Made by a program: the position numbers and the translations under genes
Assembly (NCBI RefSeq): GCF_001194135.2
Contig: NC_069005.1
Location: forward strand, 776,775-840,774
Direction of reading: 5' to 3'
DNA from: Octopus bimaculoides
Lineage: Eukaryota
Length of the DNA: 64,000 bases
The notes under the pieces: generated by a model
What the model saw: the letters and a program-made list of their open reading frames with translations, nothing else
What the model was told of the DNA's origin: nothing
The model's database searches: none
Part shown: piece by piece, positions 39,624 to 52,631 of the stretch
Position numbering within the stretch: the first letter of the stretch is position 1
How the letters are laid out: the number at the start of each line of letters is the position of its first letter

Positions 39624-40759
39624 CCTATCTCTATCTCTCACTTCTATTTAGTGGCTCCACTTGACCACAGTCACCCCCACCACCACCATATTCACATAAC
39701 TCAAATTTTCACTGTATTCATCTATAACCTATTGTGTTATTTAATTATTTAATTGTGTATAAACCACAATGAGTGTGTATGCGTGCATGAGTAGTTTTGT
39801 AATATGTGTGTGTGTGTGTGTGTGTGTGATTATATGATCGAATTTAAAAGTATGTATGTTTACATACAAATTCACAAATGACTTGTCTGTTAGATGTGTC
39901 TGCATCACTTTGCATACAGCATATTGTATAGATACATATATACACATTCTTTTATATAATACATACACACATGTGTGTATATATGTGTAAGTATTTTTAT
40001 ATATATATATATATATATATGCATATTTATATTTATATACTTATATATACAGATGGCCAGATGCCTCAACTCACATATTCTGGCATTGTCACACACACAT
40101 GAACGTGCTGCTGGCTGTTTGGCCCACATAACATAATATGTTGTGCTTCTAACTAAACTAGTGAATACAAACTTTAGTAAAACTTCCTTGACAGCTAAGG
40201 TGCTCACAGTCACACAGTTGTATAACCTCAGAGCTTATACTTCTAGTCAAGTGTAAAAGATCTGGAATTCATAAGTCACTCTCAACCTAGTTTTAATTAA
40301 GCAGGTAAACGAGTTTTCCACGGCAGCCAACTTTCCTTTACTCTCTGTTAACCCTTTCTGAGGAGTTGTGCTTTTATATGACCCTTTCAATCTATTGATT
40401 CCATCTATCAATCAATCTATCTATCTATCTATCTAACTCTGTCTATCTGCCTGTCTGTCTGTCTGCTTGTCTGACTGTAAGGCTATCCAATGCGAGTTAG
40501 TTCCATTAGAACACGGTAGAAACCAGAGGCACCTGGTAGACACAAGAATATTAAGATGGTGTTTGTGAGTATATATTTCAATATGTATTACCACATTTCT
40601 GTTTTTGAGTATCTGACAAATCTAATTAATTAAATTCTAACTACATCAAATATAAATATTTTCCAATATTCATTGAGATTTCTATCGGAAATTATATGCA
40701 CACAAAATATCTTGTTTTGTGCATACAAGAGACTATATTTCCAACATTTTAATTATAAT

Positions 40760-40799
40760 CTATCTATCTATCTACCTACCTACCTACCTACCTACCTAC

Positions 40800-40835
<36 letters not shown>

Positions 40836-40859
40836 TAATCTATCTATCTATCTATCTCC

Positions 40860-40934
<75 letters not shown>

Positions 40935-40945
40935 CCTACCTATCT
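40760..40945. repeat. (TATC)n/(TACC)n tetranucleotide microsatellite
   Basis: Directly visible. Confidence 0.97.
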
Positions 40946-41233
40946 ATATTGATAGTTTTATCAATTGACACTTCAATCAGTCAGTTCATTTGATTGTTTT
41001 TTAGTGTATACACTAACGTATCTCGTTAAACACACACAAAGTGAAAAATATTTACATATATCCACACATTGACACACACACATTTCCTCTGTTTGATGTC
41101 ACCATGTGGAATTCCTCCCATCAGGTAGTGTAGAAACGTTTTTCTGCATGTTTTACTTGAAAAACTAATATTTTTGTGTACATATATTCACAGACATGGA
41201 TACACGTGCATGTATATACACTCACGCGAGCAT

Positions 41234-41278
<45 letters not shown>

Positions 41279-41528
41279 GGACAGATTGCTGTCTTTCGAC
41301 AAGGGAGATTGCTTAATTTCCATTATTGCTCAACACCAAAGTTAAGCAATATCATTAATCCTAGTTAACATTTAAAGAGAGCATTTTAGCATTGAAAAGT
41401 GCTTTTATNNNNNNNNNNNNNNNNNNNNNNNNNNNNNNNNNNNNNNNNNNNNNNNNNNNNNNNNNNNNNNNNNNNNNNNNNNNNNNNNNNNNNNNNNNNN
41501 NNNNNNNNNNNNNNNNNNNNNNNNNNNN

Positions 41529-41560
<32 letters not shown>

Positions 41561-41617
41561 TATATATTTATATATATATGTATGTATATATTTATTTATC
41601 TATATATGTATATATAC

Positions 41618-41789
41618 CAGTGGTTCCTAACCCTTTTATTTAAATGAGTTTTTCCACAGACCCCTTTTAATATGCTTATCTTTATGTGCGTGTATATATA
41701 TATATGAAATTTTGAATTTAGCTCATGGACCCCCAGTCCTACATTTGTGGATTACCAGGGGGCCATGGACCCCAAGTTGGGAACCACTG
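41618..41789. mobile_element. hAT (Charlie-like) MITE
   Basis: TIRs CAGTGGTTCCTAAC and GTTGGGAACCACTG; flanks atatatac and gtatatat fit an 8-bp TSD at 6/8. Confidence 0.82.
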
Positions 41790-41884
41790 GTATATATGTA
41801 TACACACACACATGCTTGTGTGTGTGTGTGTGTGTGAGGAGGGGGACATAGCTGAAAAGGACATGCATGTATGTGTGGATGGCT

Positions 41885-42180
41885 ACAATATCTCTTAGCT
41901 TCACATGTCTTCTCAGGCATTGCAAATCGCCTGAGATCTCGGTCCCCTCTCATCCCCTTTTGCGAGGCTCAACAACTGCAGATCCTTTCCCGCCACTTTG
42001 TCCCATGCCTTCCTGGGTCCCCTCTTTTAATGGGATTCTCTCCACATTGAGTGATCAGCATTTCTTTATGTGGCTCTCCTCATCTCTATGCATCATCACA
42101 CGGCCATACTGGTGCAGTCTTCCCTCTTGCACTCAATGCCTCTTATAACCAAGTTTTCTCTTCAAAACACTTGTCTCAAG
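41885..42180 (-). mobile_element. Degraded RTE LINE 3' fragment
   Basis: Reverse strand resembles the same RTE C-terminal segment seen at 38850-39120. Confidence 0.65.
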
Positions 42181-42249
42181 CCTAATTGTGTTTATCTTCT
42201 TTACTAACCATCTCTTCCTCCCTCCCTCTCTCTGTCTCTTTCTTGCTAT

Positions 42250-42284
<35 letters not shown>

Positions 42285-42674
42285 CCTCTTTACACTTTGA
42301 CAATTCAAGAAGTGGAAAACGTCTTAATTAGGTTCTCATAGTTTTCTTCCTGTAACGTCTCTCATGGCCGATCCTTCCTATGTTTAATGAGCANNNNNNN
42401 NNNNNNNNNNNNNNNNNNNNNNNNNNNNNNNNNNNNNNNNNNNNNNNNNNNNNNNNNNNNNNNNNNNNNNNNNNNNNNNNNNNNNNNNNNNNNNNNNNNN
42501 NNNNNNNNNNNNNNNNNNNNNNNNNNNNNNNNNNNNNNNNNNNNNNNNNNNNNNNNNNNNNNNNNNNNNNNNNNNNNNNNNNNNNNNNNNNNNNNNNNNN
42601 NNNNNNNNNNNNNNNNNNNNNNNNNNNNNNNNNNNNNNNNNNNNNNNNNNNNNNNNNNNNNNNNNNNNNNNNNN

Positions 42675-42703
<29 letters not shown>

Positions 42704-42706
<3 letters not shown>

Positions 42707-42985
42707 GGTTCTGGTTTCAGTTCCACTGCATGGCACCTTGGCCAAGTTTTTTCTACTACAGCCTCAGGCCGACCAAAGCCTTGTGAGTGGATTTGGTTGA
42801 CAGAAACTGAAAGAAGCCTGTCATGTATGTGTGTGTGTGTATGTATGTGTGTCTGTGTTGTCCTCCACCAGCACTTGACAACCGATGTTGGTGCATTTAT
42901 GTCCCCATAACGTAGCAATTTGGTAAAAGAGACCGATAGAATAAGCACCAGGCTTACAAAGAATAAGTCCTGGGGTCGATTTGTT
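42704..42985 (+). mobile_element. SINE family A copy
   Basis: catggttctggtttcagttccactgcatggcaccttgg...gagaccgatagaataagcacc...ggggtcgatttgttcg. Confidence 0.85.
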
Positions 42986-43942
42986 CGTGTTGTATCTCAT
43001 AATTTCTGTGCTGTGTTGTATCTCATAATTTCTTGACACAATTCATATTAAATCGGTCGTTAAAATTGATAAAGCAAAAGTCCAATATTTTATCAGATCA
43101 ATGCTAAGGACGTAAGTGAAGAGAAAATGGGACGACACTGCGGAGAATGAGGGACAAACACTGATTAGGATATGGGACAGCATGACGGAGAAGGAGGGTA
43201 AACATTGAAGAGAATGTGGGGCAAACAACTGGGATGTGGGACAACAACGGGATGAGGGACAACAGCAAAGTGAAAGTGGGGCATCAATAAACCTTTCTAA
43301 TTTAGGCACAAGTTGAGCAATTTTGATGGGAGGGTTAAGTTGGTTATATTGAAGCCAGTAATCCAGTCAATCAATATTCCTTTTATTGACCTCACAAAAG
43401 GGCAAATGGCATAATTGGCTTTGATGGGATTTGAACTCAGAAGTAAAAGAAGTAAAAAATGTGGTTGGGAAGCAAGCTTCTTACCTCACAGCCACGTCTG
43501 CTTAAATACCTAAAAGTTACCTTCAGACAATATGGCAACCTGAAGTTTAGTTTTGCTATTGTTCCTCCTTTTATTGTTAACACCAAACTATTCAGACCTT
43601 AGATTTCCATTTTACCTTCAGTACAAGTCAAACAAGATTTACTGACTTCACATTATCAATCATTCTCTTTCTCTTTTCTAGGTCACTGTTTATAGGTATG
43701 TGGGTGTGTATGTATATGCATTATGTATTTATGTATGCATGTATGTGTGTGTATGTGTGCTTGTCTGTTCATATAACCTATGTATCTATCCGTCTGTATG
43801 TCTATCTGTTTACTTTCATATCCATATGCCTACATACATGTGTACACACACACACATATACACATACATCTATCTGTGTAACAGCCCACTAACTATTCTA
43901 CCTGTATAAAATATAAACTGTGGGTAGGGGGTATGATATCTA

Positions 43943-44580
43943 CTATGTATATTTCCTATTTAGTATTGGGGAAGTTTCATTTATGAGCACATACTCTTGT
44001 ATTTGTCTAAGTGTTGGGTCATCTGGGTGTTTGGATAAAATGCTGATGTCAAGTTGACCCAGGTTGCCTCCATGCTGGTCTCTGGCATATTGGTAGAGTA
44101 TGGACAATTGTTTTTTGTCGTCACATTGTCTCATATGTTCGTTTAGCCGTTCTGCAATGCTCCTAGAAGTTTCACCTATATATGTCATATTCAGGTCTTT
44201 ACAAGCACCTTCTATGCATCTTATGCTGTAAACTACATTTTCTAGTTCTACAGTTAATGCCAGGGATAATCCTACATACCATGCAGTTATCATTGGTGCA
44301 TATGGTATTCTCAATGGGGTACGTCCCACATTGTTGTGATCTGATGGAGTTCCCTGGCTTTTCAACAATCTTAGTGTTGAGTTTGGCCTCCTTCAAAGCT
44401 TTCCTAAATCTACAGGCTAGTTCTCCATGGGCTGTGACTTCTACAAACATCATTCTTTGATATTTGTCAGTTTTATACCACGTGTTCACCCTGTTTGCTT
44501 TGTCACAAGTTCTTTGTATCCTATTCCAGTCTTTGCTTCTATATCTAAGGCAGGTACCATTGGTATCATTGCATATAATG
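43943..44580 (-). mobile_element. Penelope-like retroelement 3' part: linker and GIY-YIG endonuclease, one frameshift
   Basis: Two overlapping frames, YRSKDWNR...KIVEKPG...CTNDNCMVC...INCRTR and NVVYSIRC...TYIGETSRSIAERLNEH...LNRK, joined by a 1-nt shift in the T-run at 44238-44241. Confidence 0.88.
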
Positions 44581-44805
44581 TTATCTATAATGTTATTAGA
44601 TAGCAGGGACAGGAAGAGATTTATTGTCACAGCGCAGACACATGGTTCTCCTACATTATATAAGGAGGAGTAAAAGCACAGAAGTTGTTGTAATCGGAAA
44701 GATAAATAAAAATGGTGGAGACAAAGTATTAAAGTATACCTTCAACATACAAGGAGATAAATAGAAGAGAATTTAGAGACAGAAGTTGTTGCCCATTGTG
44801 TTTAA

Positions 44806-45025
44806 CCCTTTGGCATTCGGATTATTCTGTCAAATGTAATCCTTATTTAATCCCATTGTTTTCAATTAATCAAGCATTATCTCGTAGCTTTGAGATTTTG
44901 ACGATGTGGTCATTAATTATTAGAATCACATTGTAAGGTAGGTGAGAGAACTTGGATCTGACCAGTTTGAACATAAAACACGTCAAATATTTTGGCTGGA
45001 GATGGCCAGTTTAAATGTTAGAAGG
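44806..45025. mobile_element. piggyBac-like MITE between TTAA sites
   Basis: TTAA-ccctttggcatt ... aatgttagaagg-TTAA. Confidence 0.7.
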
Positions 45026-45259
45026 TTAACACAAAGGGCAGGGTCTACCTATGCTGCAATTATTATCCTATCAATAAGATCAACCAAGTAAGCAATGTTC
45101 CAAGCCATCCTAAGTAGACCAGAGTCTCAACCAGAAAATATTATTAAAGATGAGCAATGACAAGATTCTATAAAATTAGTGGCACTACTGAGATCTTTAT
45201 TCTTACTGAGAACACCAAAGGTATCACCCAAGATAACAATACCAAGTTTTTATAGACTT

Positions 45260-45655
45260 TAACAATTCTGTTACCATATTTCTCTTGAAATACACTGCCA
45301 CAATTTCAATTAATCTTGAAAATAATGAAGAATTTAGTAAAGTCATTTTGTCATTATCAAACTGGTCCTTGGAACATAAATTAACCTGGAATTTTGATGA
45401 AAGCTTTAAATTAAGATCACTTTAACTCTTTTGTGACCACATTTTTATTGGAATACAGACATCCTGTTTCAATTAATATTAATTTAGAATATAATGAAGA
45501 ACTCAATCAATTTTGTCGTTATTAATTTGGTGTTTGCAACAGAAATTAACACAGAAGTTTGATGGAAGGTTTTAATTTCGATGACTTAAAAACAAGAAGT
45601 TTGTATCAGAGAACCAGGAGCAATCTAAGGCCGTTTGGTGTGAAAAGGGTTATGA
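45260..45655. mobile_element. Tandem pair of a second TTAA-type MITE unit
   Basis: Unit ttaac..tttt...accatattt...gaaataca...aataatgaagaatttagtaaa...ttttgatggaagg occurs twice (45260-45420, 45421-45655) and ends tgaaaagggtta. Confidence 0.65.
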
Positions 45656-45743
45656 TAGCATTTGGTAGAGTCTAGCATAATAGCTTCATCAGCCATAATG
45701 AAGGAATTCACCATGGGACAGAAGCGGACACGTGCAGACTGAC

Positions 45744-45788
<45 letters not shown>

Positions 45789-46414
45789 NNNNNNNNNNNN
45801 NNNNNNNNNNNNNNNNNNNNNNNNNNNNNNNNNNNNNNNNNNNNNNNNNNNNNNNNNNNNNNNNNNNNNNNNNNNNNNNNNNNNNNNNNNNNNNNNNNNN
45901 NNNNNNNNNNNNNNNNNNNNNNNNNNNNNNNNNNNNNNNNNNNNNNNNNNNNNNNNNNNNNNNNNNNNNNNNNNNNNNNNNGCATGTGTGTGCATGTGTA
46001 TCTATCTATCTATTTATCTCTCTCTCTCTCTATCTATCTATCTATATATATATATATATATATATATATGTCTGCATAGATATATGTATATATATATATA
46101 TACGTATATGTATATATGTATTTGTATATATGTATGTATGTATGAATGTATGTATATGTGTGTACGCGTAAAACTGCTTGTTATAGAAATCTATTTAACT
46201 GTCTGTAAATCACATAAAAAGGTTCTGAAACAAATTCACTTTTGTATTCAAAACAAAAAGATGTGTCAGTTGTTAAATAAGCAAATGTAACTTGATATGA
46301 AATTTAATTATATTTGCTGGTCGTTACTAAATCAGACACACGTGCAATGCGCGCCTGCACACGCATGCACACACACACATTTCTGCAAATAAATGATACA
46401 TTCATGGAATATTT

Positions 46415-46555
46415 TTATTTCTTTATTGCCCACAGGGGACTAAACATAGAGGGGACAAACAAGGACAGACAAAGGGACTAAGCCGATAACATCGACCCCA
46501 GTGTGTAACTGGTACTTATCTAATCGACCTTGACAGAGATAAAAGGCGGAATATT
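46415..46555 (-). mobile_element. SINE family B 3' part
   Basis: ttattgcccacaggggactaaacatagaggggacaaacaaggacagacaaaggg...actggtacttatctaatcgacc. Confidence 0.8.
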
Positions 46556-47138
46556 ACAAATTACACATGCACACTCATACACTTGCACTTAGGTGTGTGT
46601 GTGTGTGTGTAACGAGTGTTTTTGTTTTTGTTTATGTGTGTGTGTGTGTCTGTGACACTCACTGCATCAAATGTTGGGTTGGGTTTCACAGACAGAGATA
46701 ATCCTGAACAACAGGTTTTAGAGATAACACACACATTTGATAGTGGGTGCCACAACTGGAAGGGAGCAGTCAGAGTTTTGACCGGGATCTTCTTATTTTT
46801 GTATATCAGCAGAAAGGTTATCAGATGTTCTGACATAAAAAAAAAGAAAAATTGACCCCAGGACTTATTTTTTAAAGCCTTGTACTTAAATCAGTCTCTT
46901 TTGCTGAACCGCTATATTATGGGGACACTAACACACTAACACTGGTTGTCAAGTTGTGGTGAGGACACACATAGATATATATACATACACACATAGATAC
47001 ACACAGACATACATAGACATATACATACAATTGCTTTGTTTGACTAAAACCCTTCAGAGCATTGCCCCAGCTTGGCTGCAGTCCAATGATTGAAACAAGT
47101 AAAGAGCTAAAAGCTTCATAGATATGATGATAGATACA

Positions 47139-47376
47139 CAGGGTGGCCCCAAAGTAGGTTTACAGTTATCGCGTAGGCACTTTAAATTTCTTTTTAAAAC
47201 ATCTTATTACATTTAAATTTCTATCTTACAAACTGAAAAATGGAACTTGACAAAATTAACTAAATTAGCCTAGAATAATGGTTTCGTATTTTTTTTATAA
47301 TTAAGATTTAAACTGTTAATTTATGAATGCGAAAGAGATGATTGATTAACTGTAGACCTACTTTTGGGCCACCCTT
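47139..47376. mobile_element. Tc1/mariner-type MITE
   Basis: About 29-bp TIRs: cagggtggccccaaagtaggtttacagtt and aactgtagacctacttttgggccaccctt; TA follows the right end. Confidence 0.88.
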
Positions 47377-47467
47377 TATAAGCAAAGTTAGCTTTATGAA
47401 GATGGATGAGGAGGAAAAGAACAAAAGATGAATTTCGACAAACTGATTAATGAGAAGCCTGTGACTT

Positions 47468-47511
<44 letters not shown>

Positions 47512-48489
47512 NNNNNNNNNNNNNNNNNNNNNNNNNNNNNNNNNNNNNNNNNNNNNNNNNNNNNNNNNNNNNNNNNNNNNNNNNNNNNNNNNNNNNNNNN
47601 NNNNNNNNNNNNNNNNNNNNNNNNNNNNNNNNNNNNNNNNNNNNNNNNNNNNNNNNNNNNNNNNNNNNNNNNNNNNNNNNNNNNNNNNNNNNNNNNNNNN
47701 NNNNNNNNNNNNNNNNNNNNNNNNNNNNNNNNNNNNNNNNNNNNNNNNNNNNNNNNNNNNNNNNNNNNNNNNNNNNNNNNNNNNNNNNNNNNNNNNNNNN
47801 NGGTGGTGGTGGTGGTGGTGGTGATGGTGGTGGTGGTGGCTTCGGTGGTGGTGGTGGTGGTGGTGGAGATGATGCTGGAGATATTTGTTAATTTATAAAT
47901 GTAATATTATTGTGTTAATTAAAGATGGACTATTCCACATTGTTTGAGATATCATTGATTGGCTTCTGTTAATTGGCTCTCGTTGTCATCATCATCCCTT
48001 TTTAATGTCCGCTTTTCCATGCTTGGATGGGTTGGACAGGATTTATTGAAGCATATTTTCTATGGTGGGATGCCCCACCATCATTGTCATTGCCATCGTC
48101 ATCATCCTCCATACCATCACTACCATCAACCTCATCATCATCTTCCCTGTTTTACTCTGACATTTCAACAAGAGGCTCAGAAACCCAGCCTTGAAGTATA
48201 TTCAGACCAATGTCTGAGAGGAACCATAATAAAAGAGAAACCATTGTTGTTTTCCTCTCTGGTTTTAGCTGCCATCCGAGGCTAACAGCTGTGGAATTAC
48301 CATTCAGCTGCTGCTGCTTTCTTCTTCTTCTTCTTCTTCTTTGAGCAACACAAAGAATTGGCTTAGAAGCTTATTGATTCACTGGGCCATCTACAGCTGG
48401 CATCAGGCTTCTTTTAATAATTCCATGATACAATTCCTTTTTGAATGACTATTGCATATGTATGTGTATGCATATATATATATATATAT

Positions 48490-48572
<83 letters not shown>

Positions 48573-49589
48573 TGTGTATGTAGGTATGTTTGTGTGGGGG
48601 TATGTGTATATATATCTATATCGATATTTATATCTACATCTATATCTATACACACACACACACACACACAAGCACAAACGTGCACATACACACACAGACA
48701 TATATATTTATGCATAAATGTACATATTTGTGTATCTTAGAGGACAGCTTTTCTTTCAAACCTAATTTAGAATTAAAAACACTTTTGTGTTTCACTCTAA
48801 TCTTTTCTCTCTCATCAATAATTTTCCACATTTCCTTGTCGTTCATTTACATTCACTTTGGAACAACAACATTCCTAACTTCATTAATGTTTCTAGACCT
48901 GCCTTTCACAGTCTCATCTTCAGAATGGAGTGGTGGTAGTGGTGTTGGAAATGATGCCATCACTGACAGCAATTATCATCTGCCAAACATTAAAGGCATT
49001 CCACTGATAATTCCAGGCTACTTTCAGGCTTCATTCCTTAAGCATCATATTTCTGTGTTCATTATGGGTTTTAATCTTGCTACTTATAGCTAATGTTTTA
49101 AGGGGATTCTTGTGAAATTCTATATAGGATAGTAGCAGATTAAATTGTAAGAACCACACAAGAACAAATCCATTCTCCCTGCCCTGCTCCTCACAAATTT
49201 TAAGAAATACAGCATCCAGTATGAACTCACAAACCACACATAAATTATACGTGAATCAAATGCACTGTTTTTAGAATGGATCATTTGTCATCAACCCCCC
49301 AGACTGGGACCAGAGGATTGTGCTCTGGAGAACTCCTATCAATTTTACTTACTAGGGAAAATGTCATTAATTAATTAGCTGAACGGATTGCATGTTGTTT
49401 ACGTGCCAGGTAAGGCACCTCCAAAAACTACCACTCTGTGAACACAGCACTGAACTGCCACAACCGACATTGAACAGTGAACACCAGGTTATCATTCCCT
49501 ACATTGCTATCTGCCCATGGACAGGTGTGGGGGCCTTTGCCCATGTGTCGTTTATTGTTCTCTGCTTGCATGTGGGTCTGAGTAGTCTT

Positions 49590-50100
49590 GTGAGTGTGTG
49601 CATGTATGTGTAGAGTTGACGTGCTTCTATATGCCTGTGTGTGCGTATGTATGTGCTGAGTGGAAGTCTCTGGCGTGTGCTGAAGTGTGCATGTGTATAT
49701 CTGTGTATGAACGTGTGTCTGTATAAGTGTACTTGCCTGTAGACATGTGAGACTGTGGGTGTCAATGTACATTTGGATTTGTATGTCCTGTGCTCTGTGT
49801 GTGGTGGTGGTGGTGGGGGGGGGGTGTACCTGCGTGCATGCACTCCATGGTGGTAGTGTTGATGTGATCTCTGTATGTGTCTGGGTGAGTAACTCTTTGT
49901 CCCCCTGAGGGATGTATCCATGTGTGTAGGTGTGTTTCTGTATGTGTGTATGGCTGTATGCGTGCGTGATTGACTGACACACATACATGTGGTGTGTGCT
50001 GGCGTGTGCCCACAAGCATAATCATTAATGTGCACATCTGTGTGTCTTTGCATTGATTTAAACATTATGAATGTGCGTGTCTGTTTGTCTGTCTAACTGC
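49590..50100. repeat. Degenerate (TG)n low-complexity tract
   Basis: Decayed TG/TA alternation. It produces the long His/Thr-rich spurious ORFs in the track. Confidence 0.8.
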
Positions 50101-50599
50101 TAAAACCTCTCAATACAGTCAAACTCAAAAGTAAATCTCTCAGCTTAAAACCTCATTATCTCACCTGAAGAGTCTTCTATGCACTGTGGGTCACATCTGG
50201 TATTAGGGCATCGGTCCACATCCACAAGGAAGCAGTGCACTTTGAAGATGAGACAATTGTTGAGGTAATATAAGACTTTTTTGTTGGTACATTCCATCTT
50301 CTCTTTTTGTCTTTAATATATACCCAACTTCCATCCTGGAATTCCTGAAATTGTTTCAACGATATTTGCTAAGTATCGCTGATGATGCCTGGTAGCCATA
50401 AGTGGTGAATGTGATCTGCTGACGTACGACCTGGGACTTATCCTGAAACAAGGCTTCGATACTGTGTTTAACATGTATTTTCTTAACCTTACACACTCAC
50501 ACACACATATATATAATGTATATGTATATTTATATATATATATATAATGTATATGTATATATATGTATATGTGTATATATGTATATATGTACAGACATA

Positions 50600-50740
50600 C
50601 TTACTAAATCCACTCACAAGGCTTTGGTTGGCCCGAGGCTATAGTAGAAGACACTTGCCCAAGGTGCAACACAGAGGGACTGAACCCGGAACCATGCGGT
50701 TCGTAAGCAAGCTACTTACCACACACCCACTCCTACGCCT
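50600..50740 (-). mobile_element. SINE family A copy
   Basis: Reverse complement of the 21610-21770 head sequence. Confidence 0.85.
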
Positions 50741-50999
50741 ATATATTTACCAAAATTACATAAAAGTATCTTGAAATACTAAAGAGAAAATTTATTCAAT
50801 AAAATCGCCATTGGCTTCAACCACAGCCTCCAGACGACTTCGGAATCTCCTGCAACTCTTCTGGACGGTCTTTCTCGCAGCAGCAGCAACTGTTGAACTG
50901 TTCCCAAATTGGTTCCTTGTTTAAAATCCATCGAGGCATCATATTTTGCTCAAGATTAAACCTGGACCCTTTCTTCATCAGCCTTTTCTTCTTTTGCAG

Positions 51000-51155
51000 T
51001 GTCGAGATTTCCATCAACTGAATTTGACATCAGCACAGATTTGTACCTTCATCAAGAATGTCTCGGCTTGTCATGACAATTCTGCCTGGTTTCCATACAA
51101 TGAAATTCTTTACTGTCAGTTTGCAGACTACATCGGTTGGGGAGTCTTCTTCTTG
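51000..51155 (+). CDS. SLC8B1: NCLX mitochondrial Na+/Ca2+ exchanger, first identified internal exon (CRDFHQLNLTSAQICTFIKNVSAC...ILYCQF)
   Basis: Cys-patterned N-terminal domain of NCLX/CCX proteins. Strong acceptor ccttttcttcttttgcag and donor TTG|GTAAGT. Confidence 0.85.
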
Positions 51156-51430
51156 GTAAGTGACTCATTGATTTTTGCTTGTCTTATCTTGATAGGGACC
51201 AGACAGAAAGTGCAATGAGAGTTACTTGTAAAAGATCCCTATCAAGGACCTGCCTCCTGAGGATCCTGCCTCCAAGACTCTTCCAGGAATAATGAGCTGC
51301 AAGAATGCATGTGTGGACCAATTCCCCACTTCTTCTCTGAAATCATTCCTTCATTGAGTCTCATTTTGTCTTCCACCCCAACCAAACCTTTCCATCTGCC
51401 TTATGAATGTTTTTCTTTTTTGTTTAACAG

Positions 51431-51483
51431 ATTGTCTGGTGGTTGTTGTTGTTCTTGTTTTTGATGATCACTTCTGACCAATT
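51431..51483 (+). CDS. SLC8B1: NCLX exon (IVWWLLLFLFLMITSDQF)
   Basis: CAG acceptor and TT|GTAAGT donor; TM helix aligning to the WLLYLFLILGVTAAKF segment. Confidence 0.88.
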
Positions 51484-52631
51484 GTAAGTAAAACGCTCTT
51501 CCTTAGATATTTGATTGAAATTAATCACCACTAATTACTCTTATCATTAATTTGTTGTCTCATAACTAAACAGTTTCTCTTGATGTTGAGGACATATTTC
51601 TCTGATTCAGTTCAGAAATGCCATCCATTATTGGATCGGTGAGTTACCTTTGATGGTCATGCCATTTGGTATGAAAAGGGTTAAAGTAATCTTGATTCTT
51701 TGATACAATGATGCAGATTTCTTATTGTAGTTGTCTCAGCTTAGCTTTGATTGAAAAAAGCTATTATTAAAGGCATTCCTACTGTGGCCATCTGGTCTTT
51801 ATAGCTGAGGAAGATTTGGTGGTTATTTTTTTTAATACATCAACTTTTTAGTGCAGCAGGCAAAAATTTACAAAGGAAAAGGTCTGAGGGCAGATCACAA
51901 GTTTTAACTTTTATATCTGTGTAAACCTTGTATAAATCTTGTATAATTCGATATACATTAATAAAGATAAGTTTAACACATTAAATTAATGCGTAACGTC
52001 TTCATTAACGCCGCCACTGAATTTATGATGTTTCTATCACTTATGAGGTATTTCTATATTTTTCAGCTTGAGTGTAGTTGGGTTTCAAGGGGGTGGTACA
52101 AACCTAGTAATATGGGTTTTATGGTGAAAACAAAATTTCCTTTCAAATGGCAATCACCGGACGATTTCCTGTTCGAGTCGAACCGTTTTAAATCGTAGTG
52201 AAAACGCAACCTTTGTTTTTTTTTTTTGTATTTTATTTTCATTTTTTATTTGGTGAGGAAGAAAGGGCAGTGCTTGTGACCTTTGCAGATTCTTCAATAT
52301 CGGTAAGATTGATATTACTGGAACCTCTTGAACCATTGTTAGTAAACCCTTGAGGAAAAGACATAATCTGTAGAGGGAGAGTTCCAGAAGGTTGACATTC
52401 TGTAAAGGAAGTACTGGGTGACAGGGATTAATGAGGGGCATGGTGGGATTGGACACAACATTGAGGATGAGAAAAGAAAAGACAAATAGGTCATGAATGC
52501 CCAAGTGGAGCTTGTATAAAATCCAGACAATTCTGAGAAAGAGAAACCATTTTTTTTACAGAAGTCTTTTTTAAAAATTGATGAAAACACAAACAAACCA
52601 TTTAATATTTTCTTCTTTTTTTTGTTGACAG

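Noticed and set aside
46616-46855. ORF MFLFLFMCVCVSVTLTASNVG... as a candidate NCLX first exon
   Set aside because: The hydrophobic start comes from a (TG)n repeat, the donor (CAG|GTTTTA) is weak and there is no similarity to NCLX N-termini.
49392-49415. ATG...CAG|GTAAGG (MLFTCQ) as a phase-0 first exon for NCLX
   Set aside because: The donor is good, but six codons leave no targeting or signal segment. It cannot be supported without transcripts.
48414-50065. IY/CV/HT-rich ORFs of 88-195 aa
   Set aside because: Translations of (TA)n, (TG)n and degenerate TG tracts; no protein signal.
50177-50359. FQDGSWVYIKDKKRRW, faintly like an LTR-retrotransposon integrase C-terminus
   Set aside because: No catalytic motifs or LTRs nearby; the similarity is too weak.
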